Positions 20,768-30,560 of a stretch of DNA of 64,000 nt are shown here, piece after piece. How positions within the stretch are numbered: the stretch's first letter is position 1; every line of letters begins with the position of its first letter. The position numbers and the translations under genes were made by a program. The notes beneath the pieces are model-generated. The model saw only the letters and a program-made list of their open reading frames with translations, was not told the DNA's origin and did not search any database. Source of the DNA: Candidatus Hydrogenedentota bacterium (GTDB lineage Bacteria; Hydrogenedentota; Hydrogenedentia; Hydrogenedentales; SLHB01); the NCBI GenBank assembly GCA_045863335.1, contig BTVY01000035.1:1-64000 (forward strand), written 5' to 3'.

Positions 20768-22210
20768 TCACCGATGCGAAGACCCCCCATCGCGAACGAC
20801 CATAAGCCGGATCTCCGTCATTTCTTCCATGGAGAAACGGAGGCCTTCGCGCCCCAGCCCGCTGGCTTTGACCCCGCCATAGGGCATGTGATCGACGCGC
20901 CACGAGGGCACGTCGCCGATCATCACGCCGCCGACGTCGAGGACGTTCCAGGCGCGGTGGGCTTTGTAGATGTCCCGAGTAAACACGCCGGCCTGGAGAC
21001 CATACTCGCTGTCGTTGGTTTCGGCCAGCGCCGCTTCAAAGTCGCTGAATCGCGACAGTATGGCGACCGGGCCGAACACTTCCTGGAACGACAGGGGCTC
21101 ATCGCGGGGAACGTTTTCGAGAAGTGTCGGTTGCACCATGAGCCCCTCGCGGCCGCCGCCGCAGAGAACCTTCGCCCCCTTGGATACGGCGGACTGAACC
21201 CAGTCCACGATGCGGGACGCCGCCTTTTCGTCGATTACGGGACCTATAAAGGTATCTTCGTCGTGGGGATTACCCACCTTGAGACCCTTCGCCGCTCCGA
21301 CGAGCCGCGTCTTGAAGTCGTCGTACACGGCTTCGTGGACAAGGATGCGTTGCACGCTGATACAGCTTTGCCCGGATTGGTAAAAGGCACCGGTGCTGAT
21401 GCGATCCACGGCATCGTCGAGATCGGCGTCTTCATCGACGATACACGCCGCATTGCCGCCCAGTTCGAGGATGACCTTCTTCCGTCCCGCGCGGGCTTTC
21501 AGATCCCAGCCCACGTCGGGAGAACCGGTAAAACTGAGGAGCTTCAGCCGATCGTCCGTAGTGAACAGGTCAGCCCCGTCGCGCGGGCAGGGGAGGATTG
21601 AGAACGCGCCCGCAGGCAACCCCGTTTCGGCCAGGACTTCGCCGATCAGCAACGCGCCGATAGGCGTGCGGCTGGCGGGCTTCAACACGAAGGGGCACCC
21701 GACCGCCAGGGCCGGCGCGATTTTGTGGGCCGCAAGATTGAGTGGAAAATTGAACGGCGAAATGAACGAGCACGGCCCGATGGGTACGCGCTTCCACATG
21801 CCGGAGTAGTTCCGTGCGCGCGGCGAGATGTCCAGCGGCAAGACCTCGCCCAGAATGCGCACCGACTCTTCGGCGGCCGTGCGGAAGGTATCGACAAGCC
21901 GGGCGACCTCGCCGCGGCTATCTTTAATGGGTTTTCCCGCCTCGACGCAGAGCGCATGGGCGAGTTCCTCGCGCCGCTCCTCGAACCGGCGGACACAGTG
22001 CGTCAGGACATCGCGCCGCTCGTACGCGGCCAGCTCGCGCATCGGCTCGGCGGCAGCAGCCGCCGCGGCAATGGCCCGCTCGATGGCGTCCGGATTCGCG
22101 ACAGCGACACGCGACGCGACCTCGCCGGAGTACTTGTCGCGAACCTCGAGATCGTGATTAGGAGATTCCGGACGGTTCGCCAGATAGTAGGGATAGGTCG
22201 ATTGCAGCAT
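20768..22210 (-). CDS. aldehyde dehydrogenase
   Basis: PFNFP, FTGS, LELGGNA, GQSCIS, EVFGP, PYGGVKASG.GREG. Confidence 0.95.
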   Translation of the reverse strand: MLQSTYPYYLANRPESPNHDLEVRDKYSGEVASRVAVANPDAIERAIAAAAAAAEPMRELAAYERRDVLTHCVRRFEERREELAHALCVEAGKPIKDSRGEVARLVDTFRTAAEESVRILGEVLPLDISPRARNYSGMWKRVPIGPCSFISPFNFPLNLAAHKIAPALAVGCPFVLKPASRTPIGALLIGEVLAETGLPAGAFSILPCPRDGADLFTTDDRLKLLSFTGSPDVGWDLKARAGRKKVILELGGNAACIVDEDADLDDAVDRISTGAFYQSGQSCISVQRILVHEAVYDDFKTRLVGAAKGLKVGNPHDEDTFIGPVIDEKAASRIVDWVQSAVSKGAKVLCGGGREGLMVQPTLLENVPRDEPLSFQEVFGPVAILSRFSDFEAALAETNDSEYGLQAGVFTRDIYKAHRAWNVLDVGGVMIGDVPSWRVDHMPYGGVKASGLGREGLRFSMEEMTEIRLMVVRDGGSSHR

Positions 22211-22242
22211 ACCTATGAGTATACCCCGCAATCGCAGAGAAT

Positions 22243-22281
22243 AGAAAAGAGGCCGGATTCCGCATGACGGAAATCCGGCCT
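22243..22281 (-). terminator. terminator at the end of the EPS operon
   Basis: AGGCCGGATT..CG/CG..AATCCGGCCT hairpin followed on the minus strand by CTTTTCT. Confidence 0.65.
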
Positions 22282-22302
22282 TCCATGCTTTTAATCCATG
22301 TT

Positions 22303-24288
22303 CTAGATGCGCTTATACACCGCGCTCGGGATGATCTGCTTCCGGTCGGTCAGGACGGCGCCCAGGACGCGGCCTTTACCGTCGGCGAGCTGCTCCATGG
22401 CGCGCATGACCACTTCGCGGCGGGTGCTGTCGAACTTGACGACCATGACGATTCCGTCGGAGTGGCGCGCCAGATTGACGGCATCGCCCGAATGGAGCAC
22501 GGGCGGCATGAGGAAGATGATCCGGGAGAACCGGCCTTTCAGTTCGCTGAGCAGCGACTGCATCCGCTCGGACTTCCAGATGTACGTCGGGATATCGCGC
22601 TGGGCGCCCCGGCCCATGAGATAAAGCTGACCGGAGGTGGTCACGCAATCTTCCACGGAACCGCCGTCCATGACGAGGTCGATGAGGCCGCGGCCACTGG
22701 GCGCTTCCCGAATGCCGTCTCCGGATACGTCGACCAACAGGGTCGGCCCGGCAGGGTCGTCGGCGGTCGCGTCGGCCAGTGCCTTCGCGACGCGATTGGC
22801 GCCTTCGCCGGGCACGGAACTTACCACCTGGACAATTTGCAGGGCGTTTTCGCTGTGGGCGGCATCGAGTATGGCGCTGAGCCGTTGTGCCTCCTTCGGG
22901 TCGAGCTTTTCGCCGGACCCCCGCAGGAAGGAAGCCAGGGGAGGCACGCCCAGATAGTGCTCCAAGTCCTCGGGCGTCTTAAGCCCGTGGTCCAGATAGT
23001 CGAAGAAGAATGCGAGCGCGATTCCGCCGACGACGCCGGCGATGAGGCCGAGCACGAGGTTGAACAGCTTGCGCGGACGAATGGGCGAGTTCGGCAGGCT
23101 GGGATCGGATACGACCACGATATTGTTGATTCCCGCGTCCGACAACACCGTGTTGACGCGCGCTTCCTGAACGCGTTCGGCGAAAAACACGTAGGCGTCC
23201 TGTTTGATCTTTGCTTCTTCCACGAGCGCGTCGTGTTCGTCGATGACGTTGTTCAGGTGCCGGAGCCGCTCTTCCAACTGCCGGATCTGCTCGTTCGTGG
23301 ACTGGGCCGAGATGTCGATGGCGTTGTTCAGGCGATCGAGCGCCTGCTTGACCTGATTGTTGATGCTGATGGTTTCAGGATGGTTTGGCCCCTTGGATTG
23401 AACGATCTCATTGCGGCGCAGCATGAGTTCGAGCAGGCGCAGACGGAGTTCGGTAATGACGGTACTTTGCGTCTCGCGCGCCAGGGCGGACATGATGGTG
23501 TCGTCGGCCGAGGCATCCGCATCGGCGCCCTCCGCGAGAGACTCCAGTTGCTCGAGTTCGAGGGCGAGCTTTTTGGCGATCGTGTATTGCTCGAGCAGGA
23601 GGTCGCGCTCCTCTTCGAGGCCGTAAACATTGTTGGTTTCGCGGAACTGCTGTAGAGCCTGCTGCGCGGCGGTCCACTCACCGCGGATCTCCTCCGTCTT
23701 GCTCGAGAATACCTCGTCCGCTTCGACCGGCGTAGAGAATACCTCGTTATGCTTCAACTTGTACTCCTCGATCACGGCGGTGAGGATCGCCTGTGCCCCT
23801 TCCGGATTAGGCCACCGGCAGAACAACTCCATGGTGTACGAATCTTTGACCTGGCGGACCGAGATTGCGCCGCGCAACACTTCCACCTGGCGATTCTGGG
23901 CGTCCTCTTCCGAAGACATGGTCAGGACATTGACGACCGTGTTGCGTAGTTGGCCCACCGGGCCGGGTTGCGCCTCGACCGCTTCGCGCGCGGCCACAGC
24001 ACTGAGAACGTCGTCGCTCAGGATCATCTGGATTTCCGAGTTGACGTCCTCCTTGGTCATGGAAATAAGAGGCGTCGACACGGAGTCCGTCAACGGTGTG
24101 GTTGGTTGCAGCGTTTCGCGCCCGCGCAGCAACTGCACCTTCGCGGAGGACTCGTAGGTCGGCGGCCATACCATATTGCCGACGAAGACCCCCGCCAAGA
24201 CCAGCACAATGAAGAGTACGATCAGTACCTTCCGCTTGAACAAAACGGTCAAGATATCTCGAAGGAAAAGTTGCCGTTGTTGGTCCAT
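22303..24288 (-). CDS. polysaccharide co-polymerase (Wzc/GumC-like) with degenerate BY-kinase domain
   Basis: N-terminal TM and Y.S.A motif, coiled coil, P..PIRPRK..NL plus TM, LDHGLKTPEDLE..LGVP; C-terminal P-loop-like domain. Confidence 0.88.
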   Translation of the reverse strand: MDQQRQLFLRDILTVLFKRKVLIVLFIVLVLAGVFVGNMVWPPTYESSAKVQLLRGRETLQPTTPLTDSVSTPLISMTKEDVNSEIQMILSDDVLSAVAAREAVEAQPGPVGQLRNTVVNVLTMSSEEDAQNRQVEVLRGAISVRQVKDSYTMELFCRWPNPEGAQAILTAVIEEYKLKHNEVFSTPVEADEVFSSKTEEIRGEWTAAQQALQQFRETNNVYGLEEERDLLLEQYTIAKKLALELEQLESLAEGADADASADDTIMSALARETQSTVITELRLRLLELMLRRNEIVQSKGPNHPETISINNQVKQALDRLNNAIDISAQSTNEQIRQLEERLRHLNNVIDEHDALVEEAKIKQDAYVFFAERVQEARVNTVLSDAGINNIVVVSDPSLPNSPIRPRKLFNLVLGLIAGVVGGIALAFFFDYLDHGLKTPEDLEHYLGVPPLASFLRGSGEKLDPKEAQRLSAILDAAHSENALQIVQVVSSVPGEGANRVAKALADATADDPAGPTLLVDVSGDGIREAPSGRGLIDLVMDGGSVEDCVTTSGQLYLMGRGAQRDIPTYIWKSERMQSLLSELKGRFSRIIFLMPPVLHSGDAVNLARHSDGIVMVVKFDSTRREVVMRAMEQLADGKGRVLGAVLTDRKQIIPSAVYKRI

Positions 24289-24395
24289 TTTAGTGTCCTC
24301 TCTCCCGCAGCGATTCGCCGTCGCAGCGCATCCGCTTCCCGGCCCTTCGGGCTGAGTTATTGTTCTTTATTTTCATATCACTAAAACCACTGGGG

Positions 24396-25781
24396 TTACG
24401 GGTTGATCACGCCGCCGATGGGGATATTCGCGCCGCCCGACGGGAGCAAGGTAACGCCGGAGTTGAAGCTCTTGCTCTTACCCTTCGTGTTGATGTTCTG
24501 TTCGTTCATGTAATACGTGCCCGTAACGCCCAGGCTGTTGTCGAAGGGAACGATCTCCTCGATGTACTGTTCGACGAAGAGATTGGCCTTGGAAATGATC
24601 TTCTTCGGCACATAAACCACGTCGAAAGCGCGGAGGGGAATATCATTTTCCATGTGCCCCTGGAGCGCCTTGGCGAGATTCGTCTTGAACACGTACGGTT
24701 TGCCGTTCGGATTGCGGCGGATAACCAGCACGCTGTTCAGGCGCGAGTTGTTGTTCGGGCCCGCGGCCATCATGATGGCCTGGAGCGCGGTGGGCGCGCC
24801 GTCAAGCGGGTATACGCCGTTGACGCCGACTTCGCCGCCCACGTAGATGCGCGACCCGGTGGCGCTCGCCAGATCGACAGAGGTCTCGACCTTATTGAAG
24901 ATCACCTCTGACGCCATGTCGTTGAGATCCTTGCGAATCTCTTCGACGCTGTACCCGGCCACCTGGACGTCACCCAGTTTCGGGACCGAGATCCGCCCGT
25001 CCGGGCGCACTGTATAGAGGCCATTCATGCCGGTCAGCGCGTTGTTGATAAAGGGGAACACGACCAGGGCTACTTCGGGTTCGTTACGAAGCACGGCGGC
25101 CGCCTGCTGCTGAATGGCCTTGGAGGCTTCGTCAACGGTCAGCCCTGCGATCAACACGTCATCCTTGAGGCCAGGGATACGGATCGCGCCGTCAGGGCGG
25201 ACCACCACGTCGCGGCTCATGTTTTCGAGCCGGTCCGGGTTGGCGAAGTCGACGTTAACGGTAATGCGGGGCTCGCCTTCGATGATGCCGGTCTTGCTGT
25301 AGAGGCTCGTGAGCTTCTGGTTCAACTCATTGGCCGTCAGTCCGGCGGCCTTAACGTCCCCGACTTCGGGCATCGTGATAAAGCCGTCCGGCCGGACCGT
25401 GCGATTCGAGTTCAGCGGCCAGTTGTTCAGGAAGCTGATACCGATGAGGTCGCCCACGTCGATCTTGTAGTCCATCGTATCGCCCATGGGCGCAGTGAGA
25501 CGGACTTCCATCTGGTCCCCGACTTCGATGCGGTAGTCCCAGGGCACGTCGCCTTCGCGGTAGTTCTGAACGGCAAAGACAATGTTCAGCTTGTCCCCGA
25601 CCTGTGTCAGGTAGGCCATCTCGGTGCCGCTCAACTCGGCAATGTCTTCCTGGGTGACCTCCTCGTCCTCGCCGCGGGGATCGAGGAGTACGGTGCTCTC
25701 GGTGGTCGCGCAGCCTGCTAAAAGCAGGGTCAGCGCCGCGCAGACGACCCACATGTGGTTTCTCATTCCTTTCGCATTCAT
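24396..25781 (-). CDS. polysaccharide export lipoprotein (Wza/OPX family)
   Basis: LLLAGC lipobox, three VRPDG motifs, SLBB region (IYVGGEV...DIPLRAFDVVYVP); start uncertain (25766-25817). Confidence 0.88.
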   Translation of the reverse strand: MNAKGMRNHMWVVCAALTLLLAGCATTESTVLLDPRGEDEEVTQEDIAELSGTEMAYLTQVGDKLNIVFAVQNYREGDVPWDYRIEVGDQMEVRLTAPMGDTMDYKIDVGDLIGISFLNNWPLNSNRTVRPDGFITMPEVGDVKAAGLTANELNQKLTSLYSKTGIIEGEPRITVNVDFANPDRLENMSRDVVVRPDGAIRIPGLKDDVLIAGLTVDEASKAIQQQAAAVLRNEPEVALVVFPFINNALTGMNGLYTVRPDGRISVPKLGDVQVAGYSVEEIRKDLNDMASEVIFNKVETSVDLASATGSRIYVGGEVGVNGVYPLDGAPTALQAIMMAAGPNNNSRLNSVLVIRRNPNGKPYVFKTNLAKALQGHMENDIPLRAFDVVYVPKKIISKANLFVEQYIEEIVPFDNSLGVTGTYYMNEQNINTKGKSKSFNSGVTLLPSGGANIPIGGVINP

Positions 25782-25901
25782 CTCCATTGGCCTCCTCGTC
25801 CGCTTGGCTTTCGCCACCAGAACGATCCCGCTGTACGTCCGGACATACCGGTTTTCACGTTACCTGATCCCAAACCGGCGCTCGCCTGAGCGGCGCCGCA
25901 C

Positions 25902-26726
25902 TCATTCCCCTGCGCTTGTATACTCCCCTTCCTCGATATCGGCGTTCGTCGGCTGGACCCGCGGTCGCGCAATTCGCCGATCCGGTTCGGGTCCGGCAAT
26001 TTCTCCCGGGCGAACCGCATCTTCAGGAAGCTCTTCTCGTTCGCGCATCCGAACCGTCGCCCCCAGTTCCGGGCGTTTCACGTCGAGATCCGGCGCAAAG
26101 GTCTGAGCCGGGTCAATCTGACGGCGCTGACGTGTTCTGGGTGTGATTCGGTAAGCGCCCGTGCGGCTTTCGAGTACGCTCGTGTAGATTTCCGCCGGGA
26201 GCCGCTGCGCTTCTTTGAAGATTTCCGTGACGAGAGGCGCCGCGGCTTCGAGCGCTTCACGGTTGATGCCTGACGATTGCATGGCAAGTTGCTGAAAAAT
26301 GTAGTAGACGGCGTCCCGCGCCTTCGATGCGGGCACTTCCATCTTGCCAGCGTATTCGGGGTCCAAGTCGAGGGTCTCAAAGGTAATCCGGTACCACTCG
26401 CCCGGATTCTGGAGGTAGTTGGGCGCGGACGATTTCAGTACCGAAGCCCGCACCATGACTAGAAATGTCGGTTCGGTGGTCACACGCGGGGACACGCCAG
26501 GCGCTTGGGGCGCCACATCGACCAGATCCTGCCCGGCGCTTCGGCTACGTTCTATATAGCCAACGCGACATGTGCCATAGGTTTCCTCGATGAGCAGCCG
26601 CCGGCTCTCGTCAAGGGGAAGACCGTGATAGCGGACCTCTTCCCCCCGTGCGAGCGGTGCAAGCCCCGCCAGAAGTGACAGGCAGATTAGGCGAACACCA
26701 AGTGGCCCGGCGCTAGGCGTTGCCAT
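25902..26726 (-). CDS. hypothetical secreted protein in the EPS operon
   Basis: Signal-peptide-like N-terminus; overlaps the upstream gene; no family recognised. Confidence 0.65.
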   Translation of the reverse strand: MATPSAGPLGVRLICLSLLAGLAPLARGEEVRYHGLPLDESRRLLIEETYGTCRVGYIERSRSAGQDLVDVAPQAPGVSPRVTTEPTFLVMVRASVLKSSAPNYLQNPGEWYRITFETLDLDPEYAGKMEVPASKARDAVYYIFQQLAMQSSGINREALEAAAPLVTEIFKEAQRLPAEIYTSVLESRTGAYRITPRTRQRRQIDPAQTFAPDLDVKRPELGATVRMREREELPEDAVRPGEIAGPEPDRRIARPRVQPTNADIEEGEYTSAGE

Positions 26727-27690
26727 GGCTGCTCTCCTGAATCAACCCGGGCGCGCCGGTTCTGCGGTGAGGCAGGGCCAGGACGGTATCCGCGTAATGT
26801 TGGCCATCTTCGAGCGTGACGCCGGACAGAACGACGCAGCGTTCGAGTGTGGCGGGGGTGCGGATCGTCACGCGATCGCCCACGACGGTGTCTCGCAGGT
26901 CAACACCTTCCACGATGTTGCATTCCTCCCCAACAATGGATGACACATTCAGCTTTCGCAACTGGTGCAGGCAGCAGCTAATGAGATCGTGAGTGTACGT
27001 GAGATTGATGTCCCAAGTCACGACCGGCGCGACCCGCACCGGGTACTCATAGTCAATCAATATCTGAATCGAGTCCGTTAACTCGTATTCGTCCCGCATG
27101 GCCGTGCGTGGAGTGCGGCGAATGGCGTCGAATATGGGTAGATCAAACAAGTATAGCCCACACCCCTTCAGCATGTTCGCCACATGGCGCGGCTTTTCGA
27201 TCACCCGCTTGACCGTGCCGTCTTCGTGAAGCATCACGGAGAAATTCCGCTTCACGGCGTCAACGTCGGTCTCTTCCTTCACCGCGAGGACGGCGGCAGC
27301 GCCGTGGCCTTCCATCTCCTCTATCATACGCTGAATGTCGTCGATCTCAAAAAAAATATCGCCTAGCATGAGGAGAAAAGGGCGGTCGACACGCGACTCG
27401 AGCTGTCCTACCGCGTGGGCAATGCCGAGGCGCTGGTGCTGTTCGACGTACTCGATCCGCACGCCAAAAGCCGACCCGTCGCCGAGCACCTGAGTAATCC
27501 GGTATCCCAAATGCCCAATTACGACAAAGACATCTTCGATCCCGGCCTGCCGCATGTAGTCCAGTTGGTAGGCCAAAAGCGGCCGATTGCAGATCGGCAC
27601 GATCGGCTTGGGAAGTTCCGCCCCAAAGGGGCCCATTCGGGCGCCATGACCGGCGGCAAGGATTACGCCCTGATACCTCGGCTCGCTCAT
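26713..27690 (-). CDS. sugar-phosphate nucleotidyltransferase (RmlA long-form-like)
   Basis: GVILAAGHGARM..PKP, LGIAHAV, IEKP, EYELTDSIQ. Confidence 0.9.
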   Translation of the reverse strand: MSEPRYQGVILAAGHGARMGPFGAELPKPIVPICNRPLLAYQLDYMRQAGIEDVFVVIGHLGYRITQVLGDGSAFGVRIEYVEQHQRLGIAHAVGQLESRVDRPFLLMLGDIFFEIDDIQRMIEEMEGHGAAAVLAVKEETDVDAVKRNFSVMLHEDGTVKRVIEKPRHVANMLKGCGLYLFDLPIFDAIRRTPRTAMRDEYELTDSIQILIDYEYPVRVAPVVTWDINLTYTHDLISCCLHQLRKLNVSSIVGEECNIVEGVDLRDTVVGDRVTIRTPATLERCVVLSGVTLEDGQHYADTVLALPHRRTGAPGLIQESSHGNA

Positions 27691-27714
27691 GGCGTCGCGG
27701 CTCCGTGTCGCCGA

Positions 27715-28701
27715 TCAGTGCTGGGCGTGGACATCGCTGTACCCTCCTGAGGCGATCCAGTCGATGGTGCGCTGCAGACCTTCCTCCAGATCCGTTTCCG
27801 CCTCCCAGCCCAGCAAGGTCTTGGCTTTTGTGCTGTCGGCGAGAACGCGCTGTATCTCGCTTTGTTTCGGACGCAGCCGGCTTGTGTCGGACACGATGGA
27901 GACGTCTTTCCCCATTAAGTCGGCGATCAATTGGGCCAACTCACCGATGGTGATTGCCCGTGTGGATCCGAAGTTTACCACCTCGCCCACCACGGCGTCC
28001 TCTTCCGCCATGCGGATGAAGGCGGTGACGATATCATCGACATAGGTGAAGTTCCGCGTGGGCGTCAAATCCCCCAGGCGAAGTTCGCGGCCGCGCATCA
28101 GTTGCACGATGATGGTCGGTATCACCAGAAAACGGCCGATGCGAGGCCCGTAGATATTGAAGATCCGGCACGTGGTCACCGGAAGATCGTAGGAGAGGTG
28201 GAAGCTCTCCACCGTGAAGTCCGCCGCCAGTTTCGAAGCGGTATACGGGTTGTGGGCGGCCAGCGGGTGGGTTTCGGATATGGGTTCGCCCGCCTTCGAC
28301 GCACCGTAGACGCCGGCTGAGGAGGTATGCACCAAGCGGCGGACATGTTCGTGCCGGGCTGCGGTACACACGTTCAAGGTGCCAAAAACGTTGGTAATCA
28401 TGGTTTCTTCGGGATTGGCGTAGGAGTAGGCGACGCTCGTAATTGCGCCAAGATGAAAGATCGTATCCACGCCCACGGCCGCTTCGCGGACAAAGGCGCC
28501 GTCGCGCAGGTTACCTCCGCAGATCTCGAGCTTGTGGGCGTGCTTCGGGTCAAGGTTGCCGAGGTATCCCACGCTGCCCCGCATATTGCCGTGTACGATT
28601 CCGCGCACTTCGGCGCCGAGAGACAGGAGCCGCTCGCACAAGTGGCTGCCGATGAATCCGCCCGCGCCGGTGACCAGCGCTTTGCATCCTGTCCAATCCA
28701 T
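27715..28701 (-). CDS. NAD-dependent NDP-sugar epimerase/dehydratase
   Basis: TGAGGFIGSH, YTASK, FNIYGP, LGDLTPTRNFTYVDD. Confidence 0.92.
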   Translation of the reverse strand: MDWTGCKALVTGAGGFIGSHLCERLLSLGAEVRGIVHGNMRGSVGYLGNLDPKHAHKLEICGGNLRDGAFVREAAVGVDTIFHLGAITSVAYSYANPEETMITNVFGTLNVCTAARHEHVRRLVHTSSAGVYGASKAGEPISETHPLAAHNPYTASKLAADFTVESFHLSYDLPVTTCRIFNIYGPRIGRFLVIPTIIVQLMRGRELRLGDLTPTRNFTYVDDIVTAFIRMAEEDAVVGEVVNFGSTRAITIGELAQLIADLMGKDVSIVSDTSRLRPKQSEIQRVLADSTKAKTLLGWEAETDLEEGLQRTIDWIASGGYSDVHAQH

Positions 28702-28702
28702 G

Positions 28703-29446
28703 TCACGCACACTCCACGGGATAAGGTTTCCGCCAGATTCCCATCATTTGCGTCGCGCAAGTGCGCAGTCCCGGAACGCGGAGTTGGGCGCGTTCGCAGG
28801 CGCGCACGAAGTGGGCCAGCGGCGCGCTGAAAATGAAGAAGGCCCACATGCCGGCGAGCATCTGGAAGCGCTCGATGTCAAAGCCCGCATCCCGCATCTG
28901 CGCCCGCAACGCGCGCGGCGTATTGGCCCGGTACCGCGTCGGAAACGTGTCTTCGTCGTGGCCGCCGAAGAGGTACTTCTTGAAGGCCTGCTTCGCCCGA
29001 AAGGGGATGAGGAACGAAATCAGCGCGAAGGGACTGTTTCGGTTCGGCGTGAGAATGGCCACGATGCCGCCCGGTTTGAGTACGCGAAAGAATTCCTGGA
29101 ATACGCGGAGCGGCGCGCTCAAATGTTCCACCACGAATTTGCACACCACGACATCGAAGGAACCCGCGCGAAACGGCAAGGCATCCAGAGGCGCCATCAC
29201 CCGGCCGTCCACGTATTCGTTAGCTCTCAGCCCCAGCACGTCCATGTCGCAGCCCACCACACAGCGGGCGTGGTCCATGGAAGGCAGGTCGGGGTCTCCC
29301 CGGCTGCATCCCGCGTCGAGCAACAGCGTCTCGTCGTGGACGTGGGCGCCGATCGCCTCGTCGTACACGCCGTTCACGTCGCGCACCCAAAGCTTGATGA
29401 GCCGGTACCGGGTTTGCCCGATGCGTTCAACGACGCCAGGGTCCAT
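28703..29446 (-). CDS. class I SAM-dependent methyltransferase
   Basis: LLDAGC, LPFRAGSFDVV...VEHL..P...RVLKPGG; start uncertain. Confidence 0.85.
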   Translation of the reverse strand: MDPGVVERIGQTRYRLIKLWVRDVNGVYDEAIGAHVHDETLLLDAGCSRGDPDLPSMDHARCVVGCDMDVLGLRANEYVDGRVMAPLDALPFRAGSFDVVVCKFVVEHLSAPLRVFQEFFRVLKPGGIVAILTPNRNSPFALISFLIPFRAKQAFKKYLFGGHDEDTFPTRYRANTPRALRAQMRDAGFDIERFQMLAGMWAFFIFSAPLAHFVRACERAQLRVPGLRTCATQMMGIWRKPYPVECA

Positions 29447-29462
29447 GGCGAGGGAGCGCTTT

Positions 29463-30560
29463 TCACGTGAGGACTTCATGGAAGATCCGTTCATAGTCGT
29501 CGGTGATCCGGTCCCAGTCATATTCGGCTTTCACGCGCTCGACGGCCACGTGCCGGAGCCGCAGGACTTCTTCGGGATGATCCACGAGGAATTGGAGCTT
29601 GTCGCGCAGATCGTCCACGTCCCGGCTACGGAAGGGAACGCCCGCGTCCGCCACGGCTTCGACGTTGTAGGAGATGTCGCTGACCAGCACGCAGTTGCCC
29701 GCCCCCATGGCTTCGAGAATAGCGGGGTGGGTCCCCCCCACTTCCATGGCGTTGACGTAGGCGTAGGCGTTGGCCTGCAACGCGCGGTACGTGTCGCCGT
29801 AGAGCGCACCCGGAAATTGGATGCGCGGATCACGGGTGGACTTCAGCTCGCGGATGTAGTCGTCGGCGAACGGCGCGCTTCCGACCACCAGAAGGGTCTT
29901 GTCGGTTTCTACGCCCTCGAACGCCTTGACCAGCAAGTGGGCGTTGTTTTCGGGTTCGAGACGGCTCACGAAAAGGAAATAGCTGTCGGGTTCGACGCCA
30001 ATTTGTTCGAGCAAGTCCTGGCGGTAGCCGCGCTCGACGATATCGGCGCCGTACGCCACAAAGGTCGTATCCACGCCGAAGCGGCGTTTGTAGTAGTCCT
30101 TGATGACGCGGGAATCGGCCACGAGTACGTTGGAAAACCGTGCGGCCATCCACTCCGCGATCTTGAAGTAAACTTTGGCCAACCGGTTCCACTTGGCCCG
30201 TTCCCATTCCAACCCGTCGGTGTTCAGAATGACCTTCACGCCGAACAGCCGCGCGAGCCAGATGAAGGTGCTGTTACCGGAACTGCAATAACAGCTTACG
30301 TCCGCGCCGTCGAAGATCATGTGCATCGTCGACAGGAAGGAATGCGAGATGGAGTCCAGGTGCTTCGTGTGGATGGTGGGCAGATGGACGAGACGGACCC
30401 CGCGATAGGCCTCCGGATGCTCGTCGTAGTGCGAGCTACGGCAATAGACGGTGACGTGATGCCCCCGTTCCGCGAGTCTCACCGCTACATCCTCCACGAA
30501 GGTCTCGAAGCCGCCGTAGTTCGCTGGAATCCCACGGGTACCCAGGAAGGCAATTCTCAT
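29463..30560 (-). CDS. GT4 glycosyltransferase with DUF1972 domain (WchF-like)
   Basis: GTRGIPANYGGFET, DGLEWERAKW, RLEPENN, GGTHPAILEAM. Confidence 0.9.
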   Translation of the reverse strand: MRIAFLGTRGIPANYGGFETFVEDVAVRLAERGHHVTVYCRSSHYDEHPEAYRGVRLVHLPTIHTKHLDSISHSFLSTMHMIFDGADVSCYCSSGNSTFIWLARLFGVKVILNTDGLEWERAKWNRLAKVYFKIAEWMAARFSNVLVADSRVIKDYYKRRFGVDTTFVAYGADIVERGYRQDLLEQIGVEPDSYFLFVSRLEPENNAHLLVKAFEGVETDKTLLVVGSAPFADDYIRELKSTRDPRIQFPGALYGDTYRALQANAYAYVNAMEVGGTHPAILEAMGAGNCVLVSDISYNVEAVADAGVPFRSRDVDDLRDKLQFLVDHPEEVLRLRHVAVERVKAEYDWDRITDDYERIFHEVLT

